This document shows positions 61,002-64,000 of a DNA stretch of 64,000 bases, one piece after another; positions within the stretch are counted from its first letter, which is position 1; the number at the start of each line of letters is the position of its first letter. Source of the DNA: Vicugna vicugna (taxonomy: Eukaryota). Both the position numbers and the translations under genes were made by a program. The stretch spans positions 620,001 to 684,000 of the forward strand of contig MU058714.1 in assembly GCA_013265495.1 (NCBI GenBank), read 5' to 3'. The notes beneath the pieces are model-generated. The model saw only the letters and a list, made by a program, of their open reading frames with translations. It made no database searches and had not been told where the DNA came from.

Positions 61002-64000
61002 ATGCTAAGCATGTGGTCTACCACTTGAGCTATACCCTCCTCCCCCGGGGCTTTTTTTTTTAAAAAACCTTGATAGTGTATGTTTAAGGCTCTATTGGAA
61101 GAAAAAAGTGGGCAAAAAATAACTAAGACAGTTGCGAAAAATAAAAGCCTTGGGTGGGACTTGCTGTACTAGACAAACAAAAACATGTTACAAAGCCAGT
61201 CATTAAAACAGCGAGTCCTGGGGGGATCAGCATACCAGACCGACTACCCAGAAACAGACCTTGACGTGTACAAAGCCAGCTGGAGAAAATATACATAGAT
61301 ATTTGTCTGACCCACGGATGGAGAAAGATTTTGTAGTAATTAAAGCGAAGTAGAAAAATATAAACAAAACACTGGTATACTTGACTCTCGAAGAAGTCTT
61401 AAGACAACTGAACACCTCACGTGAGAAGCACAAATGAAGGGCAAACAATTTAAGAACTGTATGGAGAAAAGATTTGTATTTACCTACAAATTTTTCTAGC
61501 AAAGAATGAGGCGCCTCAATATGTCAAAAGCTCTTAGAAATCAAGTACAAAACAGGAATCTCCCCAAGAGAAAAACGGGCCACGACAGATACTGCAGACC
61601 ATTCAGAAGATAGAAGTGCCACGAAAGGCATGAATGTCCCACCTCACACTGAAAATTAAAAGAGCTTCAGGGTTGTATATTAAGCCTATCAAACTAAAGG
61701 ACCGGTTTATTTATCTGTTTTTATATCAGTGGCTAACAATTGCGAGTCTCAAACTCCTAAACTTACTCCTTTAATGAAAAAGAGTATGAAAACAAATGCA
61801 TGTATGTGTATGTGTGGCTGGGACACTGCCCTGTGCACCAGAAACTGGCACATTGTAACTGACTGTACTTCAATTAAAAAAAAAAAAGGACTGATTTGAA
61901 GCCAGCGTTTGTAGCCATGGGACAGGGTTTCTCCCTGCGAGTGAGAGTCATGCGTTGGGGCCACCCAGCAAGGCAGCTAGCTGCCTTTGACCTGCTATTC
62001 TGCTGTTCTGATTTTAGTGTAAGAAAATAACCTCAGAAAAGCATGTGAGGGTTCAGCAGAGGATTTCAGTACAGCCTCAGTGTTTTATGGCCAGACATTG
62101 GAGTCCACCTAAATATTCCACCCTGAGGGTGTCATGTGTATCATTCTTGTAGCAGGAAGCACGGCGGCCTCCAACTGTTACTTCTGTCAGAGATTAAAGA
62201 TGCGAGGGAATTCTTTTTTTAATGTTCTTTACTTTTTTTAATTGAAGTATAGTTGATTTATGGTGTTTCAGGTGTACAGCAGAGTGATTCTGTTGCACGT
62301 ATGTGTCTGTTCTTTTCCAGATGCGCTTCCCTTGTAGGTGGTCACAGACACTGAACATAGTTACAGTAGGTCCTTGTTGTTTACCAAGATGTGAGGGAAT
62401 TCTTGCAATCAAGTCAGGTAGGTAGATAAACTTAATTGAGTGACATCAGCAAACAAGGCAGAGAAGGGAACTCTGAGGGCCTGTCCCCCCAGAGAAACAC
62501 CCCAAAAAGTGAGCAGAGCTGTAAGAAAAAGCTTTATTGGAACTCTGGAAAGTAGCCCAGGGTTTGTAGTAGCCAGGCAAGTGCAGGATCAAGAAAAGGG
62601 GCTTGGCCGGTAGGAGAGCTCTGAGGTGCTGTAACTGAGCCGTGCACTCCCCCTCTCCCGCGGGCAGGGGCTCTCAGGATGTAGGCTGGTTCTGGTGTTC
62701 TGATGTGGGCTCCCGGCTCCAGAGGGGCCGAGCAGACCTGTCGCCAAGGAAGTGTGCTTGTCTGTTATGACCTGTCTGGGGGTTCCCGAAAGGAATGTCC
62801 CTTATCTGGAACTAACTCTAAGGATGGAAAAGCAGCTGTGCGGAGGGTGTCCCTTGAAAGTGCTGAAGGCAGATGGAAAGGTCCTGTCTGCCCGGTGGAA
62901 GGTGCCAGCTGGTGTCACCAGCAGACATGCCGGAAGCCTGGGGTGGGTGCAAAGACAAAGGTTCCTCTAGGGAATAAGATTTTGAAACGGCTGCCACAAT
63001 TGGTGGGCAGGGAATCTAGAGAAAGCCACACGGATGCACGGGCTGCTTCTGGAGGGACGAGAACGTTTGAATTAGACGGAAGTGACTGCGGTGTGGCGCT
63101 AAAAGCCACTGAGCTGTGCGCTTTGAGGTGGTAATTTTAGGTTAGGTTGTGACCTTCACCTCAGTATGAGAAACCTGCATAGTATTGTCACAGAGGGGAT
63201 CTAAGAACAGAAGCCTGAGTGCGCACGTGCCCGTACAGGACAGGAGGCCAGAGGCAGGGAACAGAGGAGCGCTGGTGGCGTTGTCTGTGATCAGCTCACG
63301 GGGGCTCCTGGGACCAGTCTGAGTCCCTGCAGTGGCCCTACGTAACCCCGACAGGGAGTGGTGTGCGAGTTGTCAGAAGGGCCTGCGACGTCCTGACAGC
63401 AGTGGGCAGCCGTGCAGGGGAGCCAGGGAAATGGCCAGAACCAGGCCCCAGGCCACTGGACTGGCCTCCTCCCAGCCCAGCAGTCATGGGGTGGGTGCGG
63501 GGTGTCGGGGTTTCAGGGTCGGTGGGGCGCTCCCGTCCTGCCTGCCCTTTCTTTGGTGGCCCTTTGATGCTGACCAGCTGGGTGGCTTTGCTGGTTCTTG
63601 CTTCCTCTTGAGAGCCTGATGGATTGATTCCCCACCCCCCGTCGCGTTAGCTCCCCGCCCACCTTCCCCACGAGGAAGAGGCGCGCTGGATGGAGCCACC
63701 CAGGGGTGGGGGGTGGGGTGCTTTGTGCCTGAGCCCTTCTTACCCACGGGGCTGTTCCAAGCGCCTCTCAGGGAATTCCCCTTGCACGCAGACTGTCTTC
63801 CCTGCCTAACACTCCATCAGAGGCTGGTGGCCTTCCCCCTGGTGCCTCCCCTGAGGGCAGTGCCAGCCTGAGGCCCCATCTGGGAGGCCCAGGTACTCCA
63901 TGGACCCACATCCAAGGGCCTCACAGACCTCTCTCCTCATCTGCAGCAGCCGTGGTACAGGAGCTGGGCCTTGGTTTTGGGCCCAACTGCCCTGTTGCTG

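Overview
GC-rich mammalian genomic DNA containing the conserved CARD14-SGSH-SLC26A11-RNF213 syntenic block (human 17q25.3 equivalent). The tRNA-derived SINEs suggest a camelid, which is an inference. By reading splice sites and phases I reconstructed: 17 3' coding exons of CARD14 (+, 1584-16190, CARD domain exons upstream of the window); complete SGSH (-, 8 exons, 505 aa); complete SLC26A11 (+, 16 coding exons, 606 aa); and the promoter plus first two coding exons of RNF213 (+). All reading frames are intact. There is no prokaryotic or CRISPR content and no new protein-coding gene. The most interesting unexplained structure is regulatory: an inverted ISRE pair with E-box and TATA wrapped around the RNF213 exon-2 acceptor, a promoter-like CpG/CCAAT patch inside an SLC26A11 intron, back-to-back poly(A) signals of CARD14 and SGSH, a duplicated GC-box+CLEAR bidirectional promoter, and a dense cluster of ERV-type LTRs in the RNF213 5' introns. 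Repeat family names and human comparisons are from recall, not from database searches.
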